Below are positions 12,501 to 23,798 of a stretch of 64,000 nt of DNA, one piece after another. The DNA comes from Euglena gracilis (lineage: Eukaryota): contig CP154954.1 of assembly GCA_039621445.1 (NCBI GenBank), forward strand, positions 13,682,387 through 13,746,386, read 5' to 3'. A program made the position numbers and the translations under genes. Positions within the stretch are counted from its first letter, which is position 1; each line of letters starts with the position of its first letter. The notes below the pieces were generated by a model. That model saw nothing but the letters and a program-made list of their open reading frames with translations. It was not told the origin of the DNA and did no database searches.

Positions 12501-15500
12501 GTCAGTAACATGTGTACCAAACCCCCTGGAGTTACAACCCTCTAACATAGGGCTGCAACAGTTCATAAACTGTTTTCCATGTTTCAGGGTACAGGGTCCC
12601 ATGTGTTTCACAAAAATTGTAAATTTGCGCTAATGCACCCCCTCCCCCGGGGGTGACTCTGAGTTAAAAACAAGTTTGGTTTGGCACCCACCGGGGGCCC
12701 TTTCCAGCCATGTTGCTGTGTTGTGGCCACTTATGGACAGTTTCCCCCCAGGTCCCTGCCTTAGGCAGCCGGATTCGCACTTAAGGGTTTTTTTTAGAAG
12801 GGGTGGGTCCAGGGCTGACCCTCCCCACCCCCGGGACGTTGGTGGTCCCGTGTCCAGGGGTCTGGGTATGGGTCGAGCCGACATGTTTTGCCGTTTCGTG
12901 TCATAAATGATGGGGAAATGGGTTTCTGTTTGTTTCCTGAGGCCAAACTGAGCTTTAAAGGCCCCAAAGTCCGCTATCTTCAAGAAAAGTCAAAAACTAT
13001 GAAATTGGGGTGTTTTTCAAAATGTTTTTTTTTGCAATCCCCCAGCCGTGCCCCCCCACTTGAGAAAGCTTTTTTTTTGCAATTTCATTTCATCAAAGGC
13101 AGAGTTCAACTTTCTGGTTAAAAAAGTTTTGGATCGGTGCCAGTGACTCGTTGGGCTTGTGCGTGGGGGGGGGTCGACTCTGGGAGAAACCCAGTGTATC
13201 AGTGAAAATTTTTTGAGCTTTCACATGCCTGTAAAATCATTTTTTTTTTTTTTCTTTGAAAAAAGTAATATTCGCATGCATACATATATACATATATATT
13301 ATTTTTATTTATAATATATATAAATACACACACATATATATATACATATATACATAAATGCATATATTTGTATATATAATAAAAATTAAATATATGTGTA
13401 TATTTATATATGCATATATTATTATATATTTTCATATGTACATATATTTATTATATATAATATTATGTATATATGCATATATAAAATTAAAATCATTTAT
13501 ATATAATAAAATTAAAACATATGAAAAACAAAAACCTTTTTGGCGCATAAGTCAGGACCAAAGCGCCAGTGCAGAATAATTTTGGTTTCCAGGCAAGTCT
13601 CTGATCCCGTGGGTGACCAGGGGGCTGTAGCAATGATGGAGCTCGGACCTCTCGGCTGGCAGGTGCACCGCATCATACAGACCCTGCTGGCGGTCTACGC
13701 CTCGCAGTCCATCGGTGTCTCAGATCAAGCGCTGGAGGCTGAGCTGCACCGGCTGCTGGTGTGTGAGTGTGTGTGAGTGTGTTGTGTGTGTGTGTGTGTG
13801 TGTGTGGGTGTGTGTGTGTGTGTGTGTGTGGGTGTGTGTGTGTGTGGGGGGGTGTGTGTGTGTGTGCGCGCACACGCGCGCATGTGTGTGTGCATCGACA
13901 ATTTGGCCGAAGCCGACTTCCTCGGGGGGTGATGGTTTATTGATGGTCTTGTGTTGCGTGCGATGTGTGTGAGTTGCAATGATAGGAATATTTCGTTGTT
14001 TATGATTGGGTCGCAATCTATGCCACACAATGCACTTTCTGTAACAGAAAGCACCGTTTGCTGCCACACCAAAAGGGATATGAATGGAACAGAACAACAG
14101 TCCATTTCGTCCAGCTTCAGGCCACGTGTCGCTTGCCACTCCCTATCCCGGCCAGACTGCAGGGCCACTATCTCGAGGAAACTTATATTGTTTTTTTTTG
14201 AACGAGTCTGTCGACCAACTGCATCCCTGGACACCCTCCATTTGCCCCATATCCTCCATTGCCTCATGCGCCGCCTGGCTTGTGTTCATGGCATGCCTGG
14301 CATGTGGCATGTGGCATGTGGCATGTAGCCAGGCATGTGGCATGCCTGGCTTGTGTTCTGGCTCGTTTTTGCGGCCATTTTCGGTGTGTGTTTTTTGAGC
14401 TCTATTTTTGGGCCGAAATTTGATGTTTCCAAAATGGCCTGTGATCACCAATTTTGCCTGATAGGCAGTTGCTCTCTCCCTCTCTACTCGCCAACTTGCT
14501 TGGCCGCCCTGGAAGCTTTGGCAGAAAGTTGCCCCCTATCGCCAGTGAAGTTCTTTTGTGCCAATTACAAAGATGTTTGTTGGAAGGTTTGTCCATTCTG
14601 TCCCGCCAGCTTGCTGTTGCCCCCCCAGGGATCCTCCCCTGCACCCAATGCCTCGCTCACTTGCTCAGAATCCTCCGCTCCTCCTTGCCTCACCCGACAA
14701 CCACCTTCTTCCGGGGAATATGCCTGCCCTGGCCGGGAAACCAACTCAGGGCAGCTCCCACGCCAGGCTTAGTGGGTGGGGGACCTCTACCCTGGATTTT
14801 GAAAAGCATCGGACGGACCTCTCAACTGCCGGTGGTGCATTCTTGATGTGGCCTGTACCACAAGAATTGTAAGAGTTTATCGCCCCCCCCCCCCAAATAA
14901 TGCAAAGGTGCGTTCATCGCACACCGCCGCCTATTGCAGTGGGAGTGTGTTCTATTTGGACCTCCGCTCGTAGCGGCCCCACGTTTCTAGCGGGGGAAGC
15001 CTGAACCCCGGGGGGGGGGAGGGTGGAGGGGCTGTCATGTGGGTACCTCCCCCCTGGGCGCTTGGCCCAGCCATGATTGAAGGTAAGTCCAGGGGGCCAA
15101 CCTCATGGGCGCCAAGTTTGCAAATTAAGAATTTTGGCAGAAGGCTGTGCAAAAGGTGCAAAAGGCTGAAAGCCAACTCTAGGGAGGCCAAGTTTGCATG
15201 TAAGGAGGAGGAGGGGGATACCGCCCGGTGGGGGAGGCGGAATGGAGGGAACCCCTGGTCATAAGAAACACCCATGCCCCCCTCCCCCTCCCCCTTTTCC
15301 GCAGACGCTGGCGCGGGAGTACGCGGCGGCGCTGCAGCGGGTGGTGGGCGTGGTGGGCTTCGGGGCGCACCTGCCCCTCGCCATGGCACAGTGGCCTGCG
15401 CAGGAGGCCCGGCACGGCCTGGCCGCCACCGTGGAGCTGGCCCAGACGCAGGCCCCGCCCCCCGCCATGGTGGGGTGGGTGGGGGGCCTGGTTGGCGGAG

Positions 15501-18500
15501 GTGCGTAACTTTAGATGAGTTGGGTGATTGCGTGTTGTGCGTGTTGTGTTCGTGCGTGTGTTGTGTGTTCGTATGGGTGTGTTGCGTGTGTGTTGCGTGC
15601 GGTATGTATGTTGTTGGTGTGTATGTGTCGTGTGTGTATGTGTTATGTATGTTGTGTGTGCAGGGTTTTTCTGAAAAATTTTGGACCCCGCGGGGGGGTA
15701 AGGGATGGGAGGGTGGGTAGTTTGCCTGACCCCCTCCCCCTGGACCCGTACCGGGGGGGGGGGGAATTGGATGCCGAAAAAATTGATTGGGAAAAAATTG
15801 GCATACAGAAATCCTGCCAAATTTTTCCGGGCCTTTTTTGAAAATCCTGCCTCAAAATTTTGAAAATCACCCTTTTTCCAGTCATCTTGCATACAAAACC
15901 TGCCAATTTTTTCCGGGCCGTTTTCAGGTTTGGCACCAATTTTTTCGGCTTCCAATTTTGTCGGGTCTAATTTTATCTAGCTTCAATTCCCCCCCCGGTA
16001 GGTGCTGGACCCCCTCCCCCGAGGGCACCCCAAGGGCTTTGTGGTTCCTTGTGGGTCTCAGGCGGCCAAACTCGCACTTAAGGTTTTGATTTTTAGCTTG
16101 CATCTGAGCGCAAATTTCCAATCTTTTTGAAACCTGGCGGTGAAACCCACCCTTTTAACCCTCTGGTTCCTCGGAGACCCTCCGCGGTGGCGTATGCATC
16201 ATTTGCCGACGTTGGGACCCGGGGAACAGGCCCAATTTTGGTGTTTTTCAGCCTGTGCACCATTTTGAAGAAGCTTCAAAACCCTGGGTTTGAACTCCGG
16301 GACACGTGAATTTTCCCCAAAGCCGCCTTGACTGTGTTCCCTGGATGGTGCTACACAGGCTGGGTGTAATTTGGCCCTTTTTGTTGCTTTTTGGGGGGGC
16401 TCTTCGATGTATCCGCGAAGGGTTGCCTGCTGAGGTGTCCAGAGGGTGGACTCTACACACACGTTGTGAAAAGTTTGAAAAAAACGTTATGCCATAGAGT
16501 TGTGATCCCTGGGTGCTTGAAGTGCGAGGAGCGGCACAGCAGGAACCCCCCGGGGGGGGGGGGTGGGGGGGGGGGGTTGAGGGCAAGCCCAGTGTCTTGT
16601 CCCAACGTCTGGTGAGCAACTCCAGGCCCCACACTGCCGGGCATAGAAGGAAATAGTCAATGGCATTGCGCTCAAGCGCAACAGTTTTGCCTTGTGCTTA
16701 AGCGCATTGTAAAACTGTTGCGCTTAAGCGCAATGTATAACAGAAGCCCCTGAGCTTATGGGAGTCCCTCTGATGTGTTACGGTGTGTTGGGAGCCCCTC
16801 TCTGCACGGCCAGTGTGTGGGCTTTGTGACAATGTAATTCTTAAATTTCCATTCTTCATAAACCTGTTGTGCCGAAAAAAATTTTGACCCCAAAAAAGTT
16901 ACCCAGAAAGTGGGTACTCCGGACCCCCCTGCCCCCCCCCTGAGTGGGTGGGGGTACCCCCTGGGTGGGGAGGGAGGACCTCCCCCCCTGCCTTAAAGAA
17001 AGTCTTTAACGCCCTGTTTGTGCTTTGTGTGTGTGTGTGTGTGTGTGTGTTTTGTGTGTGTTACCTCCCGCCCCGCTTGTCCAACGACCACCCTCCCGTT
17101 AGATGCGATCTTTTGTGTGCGACGTTGGTTGAATAATGGCAAGAATTTGTATGATTTCGTTTCGCCTTTTTCCATTTGAATGTTTCATGGTTTTTTTCTG
17201 TGATTTATTGGGATGATGGCCAAAATTTGGCTGCGAATGCCCCAAAAAAGATAATGAAAAAAACGGCCAATAACCCCCAAAAATGTTCCCAAAGTGCCCA
17301 GAATGACCAAAATTGATGTAAACCCCCCAAAATAATAATAAAAAAAACTCCCGGTTTATTATTTGGACACTCGAAGTCGGGGTTCAGGGGGGTTTATCAT
17401 TTGGGGGGTTTATTATTTGGGCGAAAATTTCGAAGTCAAAAATCGACCCCAAAACCCCTCCACGGGCTCCTATGGTCACTTTTTTTTTGGCATTTGTGGG
17501 CCTTTTTTTTGTTGAAAAATGGGTGCTTTTTGGGTATATGCACCAATTTCATCCATTTTTTTGATTTGTTGCAACATTTCTGCTGACTTTTTCCTGCTTT
17601 TTGTCTATGCCTTCACAGCTGCCAGAGGGGGGGTTTATTAATTGGGCAGCCAAAGTAGGTCCTCAGGGGGTTTATTATTTGGGGGATTTAACATTCGGGG
17701 GTTTATTATGTGGGAGGGGGGTTCAAGTGCACGTGTTTTTTTGTTTGTAACAAGCAACAAAATTTTGTTGAAAGTTGGCCAAAAAGGCCAAGAATGGCCA
17801 AGAATGGTCAAAAATGGCCAAAAATGGCCAAAAAAAATGGCGAAAGGTGGCCCGAAATGGCTGATAATGTCCACAAGTGGCCAAAAAACCCAAAAATGCC
17901 CCAAAACGGCCAAAACAGCCCAAAAATGTCTTATACCACACCTGTGGCCAATTTTTCGCCAATTTGTCCCCCCCCCCCTTGCCTAACGACCACCCCCCTG
18001 GTTGGAAATGAACAATGGCTGTTTTAGTCACCCCCCGGTCGGAGACAAACATTAGTGGTTGTTGGACAAGGGGGGAGGTTTGTGCTGTGTGTCGTGTGTG
18101 TTTTGTGTGCGTGCGCGCGTGCGTGTGTTTTGTGTTGTGTTGTGTTGTGTTGTGTTGTGTTGCGTTGCGTTGCGTTGCGTTGTGTTGTGTTGTGTTGTGT
18201 TGTGTTGTGTTGTGTTGTGTTGTGTTGTGTTGTGTTGTGTTGTGTTGTGTGTTGTGTTGTGTTGTGTTGTGTTGTGTTGTGTTGTGTTGTGTTGTGTTGT
18301 GTTGTGTTGTGTGTGTGTGTGTGTGTTGTGTTGTGTTGTGTTGTGTTGTGTTGTGTTGTGTGTGTGTTGTGTGAGTGGGAATTAACGTTGAGAGGTGCCT
18401 TTTTTGAGCATTGATTGTTGATTCCTTTTCCAATTTCGGTCAGCATTTTTATGGCGATGATAATGATGATTTCTGCCCCCTCCCCGCCATGTCATTTTCC

Positions 18501-19381
18501 CGTCCTGGAAACGGGAATTTGTCATCTATCCCCTCTCAAAAATAAGACGCCGGTCCACTTTTGGGGTCTGTTGCTCAAAAACCCAAGGGAGGTCTTATTT
18601 GGGGGGGGGGGGGCTCCTTTTTGGATTATTGTTGACAATTTTGATCGAAAAAGACCTTTCCTGCGGAAAGGGTCCAGAGATAGGTCCAAAAAAGGGCAGT
18701 TTCTGGCAATGAGCAAAATGTGTCTGAAAAAATGTCAATTTTTGCATTTGCATGAGCGAAAATCGAAAATGTAAAAGAATCACCCATTGGGGGGCATTTT
18801 CACAATTTTTGGGGGTCTATTTTATTAAAAATCCTCTCAATTTTGGAGGAGTATTTTTTTGGGATGGGGTCTTATTTTGGGGGGCTTTAGATCTGGAGTG
18901 AATGCCTTTCTATCTTGCCAAAATCAATCTAATTTTAATTTATTTTAATTTTAATCTGCTCTGCACGCCCCCCCAGGATACTGTCTCCCTGGGATACGGC
19001 CTTCCCTTCTGTACCCGCTGATTTGTCTCTTTCCCCATACTCACGGGCTCGTCTGGAGACAGTTTCCTGGGGGGCATCGACCCTCGACCCTCTAGCTGGG
19101 TTGGCGCCTGGCGCGGAGCTGTTCGGCCACATCCAGGACCTGGCGGGCCCCGCTGGGCGGGTTTCTGCCCATGGTGGCTCCAAGCGTGCCCGGGCCACGC
19201 CCCCCCCCCCCCCCCAGTGTCATCCCCACATTCCACTGCTCACACCTGGAGGGGGGGGGTTGGAATCAACCCCCCTCCAGGCTCTCCAGCCAGAGTTGCC
19301 CCTCCCCTGGAGGGGCAACTCATTATCATTATTATCATTAGGAGGGGAAGGGTGTGGTGGGTGGTTTGCGCGCACATATGT

Positions 19382-19477
<96 letters not shown>

Positions 19478-19489
19478 GTGAGAGTTTGC

Positions 19490-19546
<57 letters not shown>

Positions 19547-22500
19547 CATCTGTCGCTGTGCATTGCAGGTACGTGGCTGGCATGCACTGCGTGGCCACCT
19601 GGGGGGCGGTTGCTCTGTCGTGGTGGAGGGGGGGTTCGGTGCGGTTCGGTGCGCCGCCGTGCTGGTGCATGGGCAGACAAGGCCCCCGTGGCGCTGCTGA
19701 ACCCGTCCGGCTAGGGCGGCCGAGGGTGGCCGATGGCCTCATCTCCTCGTTCCCTTCCAAATGGTTTGGGTGCTGTTGGAATTGGTGGACGTTTCGGCAC
19801 ATCACACAAACCATGCCCTTCCGGCTTCATTCCGCTCAAAACCCCTGCACACCAGGACACATATGTTTCAGGCCAATGCTCAGGGTCTGGATTGAAATAA
19901 AATTGTATAATTTTGCATACTCGCTTTTGGGATCACTCGGCCACAGGGCAAGTCAGCTCGAAGTTTCCACCCTCCAATCGCCCCCTTCAACCTTGGGCCA
20001 ATCCATATTTTAGGCGGCTGTGGGAGCGTTCCCCCCAAATCCAAGTTCAAATCCTGACATGGATTTGTGTCTGAAAAGCTCAGGACCATCAAAAGTTCAG
20101 ATCATGGAGACAAAAAATTGAAGTCTGATTTTTTTGGGGGTGCCATTCTGGAGGACCACATTCTCCCCCCCCCCCCGCCCCCCCCCACCCCCCCCCCGGG
20201 GCCCTGCCAGGGACGCCAGCCTGCAGCACCTGCAGGGCGGGCTGCGCTGCCCCAACGTGGCACTGGCAGTGCTGGCGGCGGAGCAGCTGCTGCCCCCCAA
20301 GGGGCCCGAGGGGGAGGCGTTCCAGGCACTGCTGCTGGACGTGAAGCGGCAGTGCTTGACGCCCACGCCCGGGCTGTGGCCTCGCTGTCCTGTGCTGTGG
20401 CATGTGTGTATTGTGTGAGAGTGTTGTTGCGTATGTTGTGTGTGATGTGTTGTGTGTGTGTGGTGTGTGTGTGTGTTGTGTGTGTATGTGTGTGTGTGCA
20501 CAGACACGTCACCCCCCTACTCCACCTTTTCCCCTACACCCCCCTGCCCACTGATTTGGTGGCATGTGCGGAATGTGGGGTTTCCCTCCCTCGTTGGCTT
20601 CACACCACCTTCATGCCACCACCCTCTCTCCCTTTGGGGTATTTTACACTTTCCGCCCTGATCCCCCCCTCCTTGTTCTGCCACAAAAACCCCTTTCCTG
20701 TGTACCCTGTCTGCCCAAGGCCCTTTTGAGGGGGCAATCGCGGTGCTTATGCCCACTCCCCAGGTGGGACCCCACCCTCAGGTGCGGGGGGACAGCCTGC
20801 AAGCAGCCTTCTTCCAGTCTCAGACTCCCCTCCCCCCAGATGGTTTTATCTTCGGAGGTGCAAAATTTGTCCAAACTGTGCCAAAAATGAGCCACCACAC
20901 TCAAAAATTTGATCAACATCGATTGTTTTGCATGGCAGCTTTTTTTGGTCATGTTTTCGGGGTCGAAAATTGGTTCCCTGTTTAGCCCCGGGTCGGGCCC
21001 AGTGCAAACCAGGGGGCACCCTTGGGGGGAGGTCAGCCAGCAGCCTTTTTTCTCAGCCACGTTTAGTTTTCCCGCCTCTGACCCCCCCTCCGGGGTGCGA
21101 GCCCTCGTGTGGCCGGCAGTCCCCCCTCTCCGGGATTTGTTCATTGTGAACAGGGACAGGAACTTTCCCTCCTGGTTCGGTTGACAGTTGTCGGGTGCCA
21201 GAGGTCCCGGCCGAGCGGGCCATCTGGTAAAGGGGTGGCTGGAAAAGAGTTGCTGGCTGGACCCCCCCCCCCTAGGGGGTGGGGTCCAGGTGGGGGGTAG
21301 GGTCCAGCTGGCTGGGAGCTGGACCTGGCGGGTACCCCCCAAAAATGGCCAAAATGCCAAATCCAGCTGGGTTGGCTTTTTTTTTTGGAAATTTGGAGGT
21401 GAAGACCCAAAAACCACCCCAAAATGCCCATTTGGGCCATTTTTTTAAAAAAAATTTGACCCCTTTTTCAAAAAACTTTGGCGCTAAGCACTTTTTTTTT
21501 GGTCCAACCCGGCTTTGCCGGGCTGGCCCGAACTTTATTTCAGCGGAGCCCCCCCCCCCCCCGCGGAGCTCTGCATCCCGGCTGGGAGGTGCTGGCTGAA
21601 AAAAAGGTGATGGCCGGCTGGCCCCCCCCCACCCCCCAGGGGTAGCGTCCCCTCCGGCTTTAGAAAACCCTGCGTGGAACAGTTTCCCGGGCGGGTAAGG
21701 TAGGTAGGTGGGTCAGCCTCCGGCACCGGGGGCTGCGCTTTCATTTGGACCCTCCCGCGCTTCTATTGGGGAGGTTTAGGTGGGTGGGGTAAAGGGATGC
21801 CCACCCTCCTTGCCCGCGCCGCGCGGGTCCGTCCGGGGCGTGCCGGGGACCATTCGGCCATCCACCGCCGACGACCGCCTCTTCCACACGTTCCGCAGCT
21901 ACCTCGCGGTGCGCGCCGTGCTGGCCAGCGTCCCTGCCAGCCCGGGCCCCGCCCCCGGCGCTGCGCAGTGGACCCGGCGCGGGCCACCGGGCCTGCGACT
22001 CCACTCCACTCCCCCCACATGCCCCTTTTCGGGCTGTCTGCCGAGGATGGTGTGGGCATCAGAACCCTCTGGGGTGTGGGGTGCTTTATGAGTGTGCCCG
22101 CCCACAGGGACCTCATCCTGCGGGCTGGCCAGCACCTGTTTGCCAGCTGGGTGGCCGGTCCCCCCGGGAGGGTCTGCTTGAATACAGTTGCGGCCTCTGT
22201 GGGGGGTTGGGACCGAAATGAGGGTTTTTTTCGGGTTTCTTTTCACTCCAATAATTTGCTTCACTAGTTCCACTGCAGCTGCATTTGCTTTCTTCGCAAA
22301 GTTTCAGGTTTCAGGCATCAGGCAGGTCAAGCCGGACAGCCAGCTGGATCCCCCCCTCCCCCCCACCCCCCCGAGGAAGGGTCTTCCAACCGGCACCTTT
22401 TGTGCTCAGCCAGCTTCTTTTCCCCGCCGGCCGGAGGACCTACCCAACCCCTCTGGGCATTCCGCTACGGACCTGCCGACCCCGCATTGTGACCCGAATT

Positions 22501-23480
22501 GGCAGGGGTTGGTCCCTCGACACCACTGGTGCATGGGGTTGTAGATAGGGTTGCAGTAGGGCCGACTCCACGGAATCAACAGGAACGAAGAACGGTGGCA
22601 AAAGCCAAGGATTGCCCTGACGTCCCCCAATCTGTCTGGGGTGGGGGCGGCATTTGTGTGCTTTGTTCCCCTCCCCCGACTGAACTCGTTCCTCGACTGG
22701 GTGACACCAAACCGGCGGCACATTGGGCGAGGCGGCAACCAGGCTTTATTACAATGAAGTTCTTCCCCCCCCCCACATACAGGGAGTAGGGCACTTTCGA
22801 CTCCCGGAGGGGGGGTTGGGTTTGGGGTGGGTGGTGGTATAGCACACCGACCCTCCCACCCATTTTCGGCACTGGGGGCCGAAAATGCTGTTTCAGGGCA
22901 AAATAGGCTTGGTCAGCAGGCACTGGGGCCCAAAACTGTGCCTGTTGTGGGCCTACAGCACAGGCCCCTGCCCCCCTCCGGGGTGTGTAAAAGAAGACTC
23001 AGGGAGACCCGGAAAGCACCCCACCCCAGGGTTCGATATTTGGAGGGTGACACACCCACCTCCCACCTGCCCGAATCATATATCTTAACTTATATATAAT
23101 ATAATATAATATAATATAATATATATATATATATATATTATAAGTATATATAATGTATATTATGCATATTATGGATATTATGTATATTATGTGTATTTTG
23201 CATGTTATGTATGTTATATATCATGCATATCATGTATATTATGTATGGTGTGTAATTATATAATATACACACACATGTGCATCTTAGTTTATATTGTTCT
23301 TATATTCTTATATTCTGCTTATATTGTTTGTTGTATTCATCCCACCCCGTTGCCCTCCTGCCGCAGCGCCGTGCCCCCACCCCGAAGACGTCCCCGCGGC
23401 TGGTGGTGCCGCCCCCTGCCAAGGCGGTGTCCCCCGCCTTCCGGGCGGTCCCGGAGCTGCCCGCCCTGCGCGCCGACTGA
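479..23480 (+). CDS. Multi-exon host gene, 3' part (17 exons, ~730 aa visible): STAND-class NTPase / soluble adenylyl cyclase ADCY10-like C-terminal region
   Basis: GC-rich exons join in frame to give, in order: PWLD, LLELPTLDKAQVTELLQHYLG, VETVMARTAGHLQ, LFDLLPFLQQRMLKVIAT, FCPALKDTVLETLLPEERVHINSVAARLY, RHHRVAGE. This is the motif order of STAND ATPases (WLD; ELxPL; RTxGNP; LDRLP..LKVA; FxHxLxxDxxYxxL...ER; HHxxAG). Ends at TGA 23478-23480. The 5' part is outside the window, so no cyclase domain is seen. Confidence 0.7.
1195..1466. repeat. Degenerate (TA/TG)n microsatellite
   Basis: tatatg/tatgta low-complexity run. Confidence 0.9.
1485..1636 (+). CDS. Host gene exon 2
   Basis: HPWLDLTALGPVVAARPDPPPSLFRTGGPPWHQLLELPTLDKAQVTELL. 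The 5' junction is ambiguous by 1 nt (shifted acceptor or a C-run indel). Confidence 0.65.
2612..2709 (-). mobile_element. End of a dispersed DNA-transposon/MITE family (GGCGGCC..CGCACTTAAGG)
   Basis: Reverse complement aligns over ~95 nt with 16060-16155; the same terminal motif recurs at 9750 and 12762. Confidence 0.6.
3064..3128 (+). CDS. Host gene exon 3
   Basis: QHYLGAAPEAALVETVMARTAG; flanked by stem-forming nonconventional introns; frame is kept. Confidence 0.7.
3249..3500. repeat. (ACAGC)n pentanucleotide microsatellite
   Basis: Direct reading; degenerate relative at 8225-8360. Confidence 0.95.
3606..3746 (+). CDS. Host gene exon 4
   Basis: GHLQSVAAAAGQFLRGGWTDADPADRPAAALAALADRSWTSLCP; GT donor at 3747 (3' end tentative). 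Confidence 0.65.
4318..4408 (+). CDS. Host gene exon 5
   Basis: SHQALTLKMFHLFDLLPFLQQRMLKVIAT; preceded by CCCAG. Confidence 0.75.
5488..5640 (+). CDS. Host gene exon 6
   Basis: HPSITAQPGISAFLPTVMEVTAGLLDLDPIHTTGNLKELEALGLITLCPH; GT donor at 5641. Confidence 0.75.
6224..6567. mobile_element. hAT-like MITE
   Basis: Termini CAGGGATTTTTT / AAAAGAATCCTTG; degenerate 8-bp TSD GCTGGGCC / GTTGGGCT. Confidence 0.5.
6627..6721 (+). CDS. Host gene exon 7
   Basis: CGLHRGDDLDSAVCFCPALKDTVLETLLPEE; preceded by CCACAG. Confidence 0.75.
7999..8130 (+). CDS. Host gene exon 8
   Basis: RVHINSVAARLYSRTHNMEHPRQFLVRSRHHRVAGELVECRKDL; nonconventional junctions on both sides. Confidence 0.75.
8490..8951. mobile_element. 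hAT-like MITE with perfect 8-bp TSD
   Basis: TSD CCCCAGGG at 8482-8489 and 8952-8959; imperfect TIR CAGGGCGTT / GACGCCCCG; internal CAGCCAGC repeats; related pieces near 4600, 20845-21060 and 27250. Confidence 0.75.
9057..9135 (+). CDS. Host gene exon 9
   Basis: HSALQLLRNGVWPEGATIFADVTKDIE; nonconventional junctions on both sides. Confidence 0.7.
9470..9601 (+). CDS. Host gene exon 10
   Basis: LLGGLGGPTVAPLSPPKGHLRPSLGLDAPPESLTLTGLRQYKP; 3' end tentative (GC donor). Confidence 0.6.
9750..12330. mobile_element. Probable decayed DNA transposon with (T)GCGCAAAT/ACACAAA subterminal motifs
   Basis: Starts with the family terminal motif TAGGCGGCCGGATTCGCACTT; motif clusters at 9790, 10410-10700 and 11850-12300 flank a coding-like ORF (11063-11632). 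Confidence 0.4.
13275..13520. repeat. AT-rich (TA)n low-complexity run
   Basis: Direct reading. Confidence 0.85.
13593..13758 (+). CDS. Host gene exon 11
   Basis: QVSDPVGDQGAVAMMELGPLGWQVHRIIQTLLAVYASQSIGVSDQALEAELHRLL; TTTCCAG acceptor, GT donor. Confidence 0.7.
13759..13892. repeat. (GT)n microsatellite at the intron start
   Basis: Direct reading. Confidence 0.9.
15305..15474 (+). CDS. Host gene exon 12
   Basis: TLAREYAAALQRVVGVVGFGAHLPLAMAQWPAQEARHGLAATVELAQTQ...; CTTTTCCGCAG acceptor; GTGGGT donor tentative. Confidence 0.7.
16060..16155 (+). mobile_element. End of the same MITE family as 2612-2709
   Basis: CAGGCGGCCAAACTCGCACTTAAGG...GCGGTGAAACCCACCCTTT. Confidence 0.6.
17063..18079. 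mobile_element. TIR element (MITE) inserted in a GT-rich microsatellite
   Basis: ACCTCCCGCCCCGCTTGTCCAACGACCA ... TGGTTGTTGGACAAGGGGGGAGGT inverted termini; relative at 31541-31921. Confidence 0.6.
18130..18372. repeat. (GTTGT)n microsatellite
   Basis: Direct reading. Confidence 0.95.
18977..19156 (+). CDS. Host gene exon 13
   Basis: ILSPWDTAFPSVPADLSLSPYSRARLETVSWGASTLDPLAGLAPGAELFGHIQDL; both ends tentative. Confidence 0.55.
19383..19542. repeat. (CA)n followed by (TG)n
   Basis: Direct reading; mutually complementary arms. Confidence 0.9.
19569..19709 (+). CDS. Host gene exon 14
   Basis: YVAGMHCVATWGAVALSWWRGG...; TTGCAG acceptor; frame after the G-run is uncertain. Confidence 0.55.
20211..20360 (+). 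CDS. Host gene exon 15
   Basis: DASLQHLQGGLRCPNVALAVLAAEQLLPPKGPEGEAFQALLLDVKRQCLT. Confidence 0.7.
21848..21976 (+). CDS. Host gene exon 16
   Basis: TIRPSTADDRLFHTFRSYLAVRAVLASVPASPGPAPGAAQWTR; upstream intron ends pair (CACGCCC/GGGCGTG). Confidence 0.65.
23366..23480 (+). CDS. Host gene terminal exon 17
   Basis: RRAPTPKTSPRLVVPPPAKAVSPAFRAVPELPALRAD then TGA. Confidence 0.65.
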
Positions 23481-23567
23481 GGAGGGTCTGCCCCTCAGCC
23501 CTCCCCCACCACAGAGACTCCCCTCTATCAGGCTTCTGCAGGCCGGGACCGCTCGCGCACAAAGCAA

Positions 23568-23798
<231 letters not shown>

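Noticed and set aside
16497-16545. Possible extra host exon (VVIPGCLKCEERHS)
   Set aside because: No convincing junctions, and exons 12 and 13 join in frame without it.
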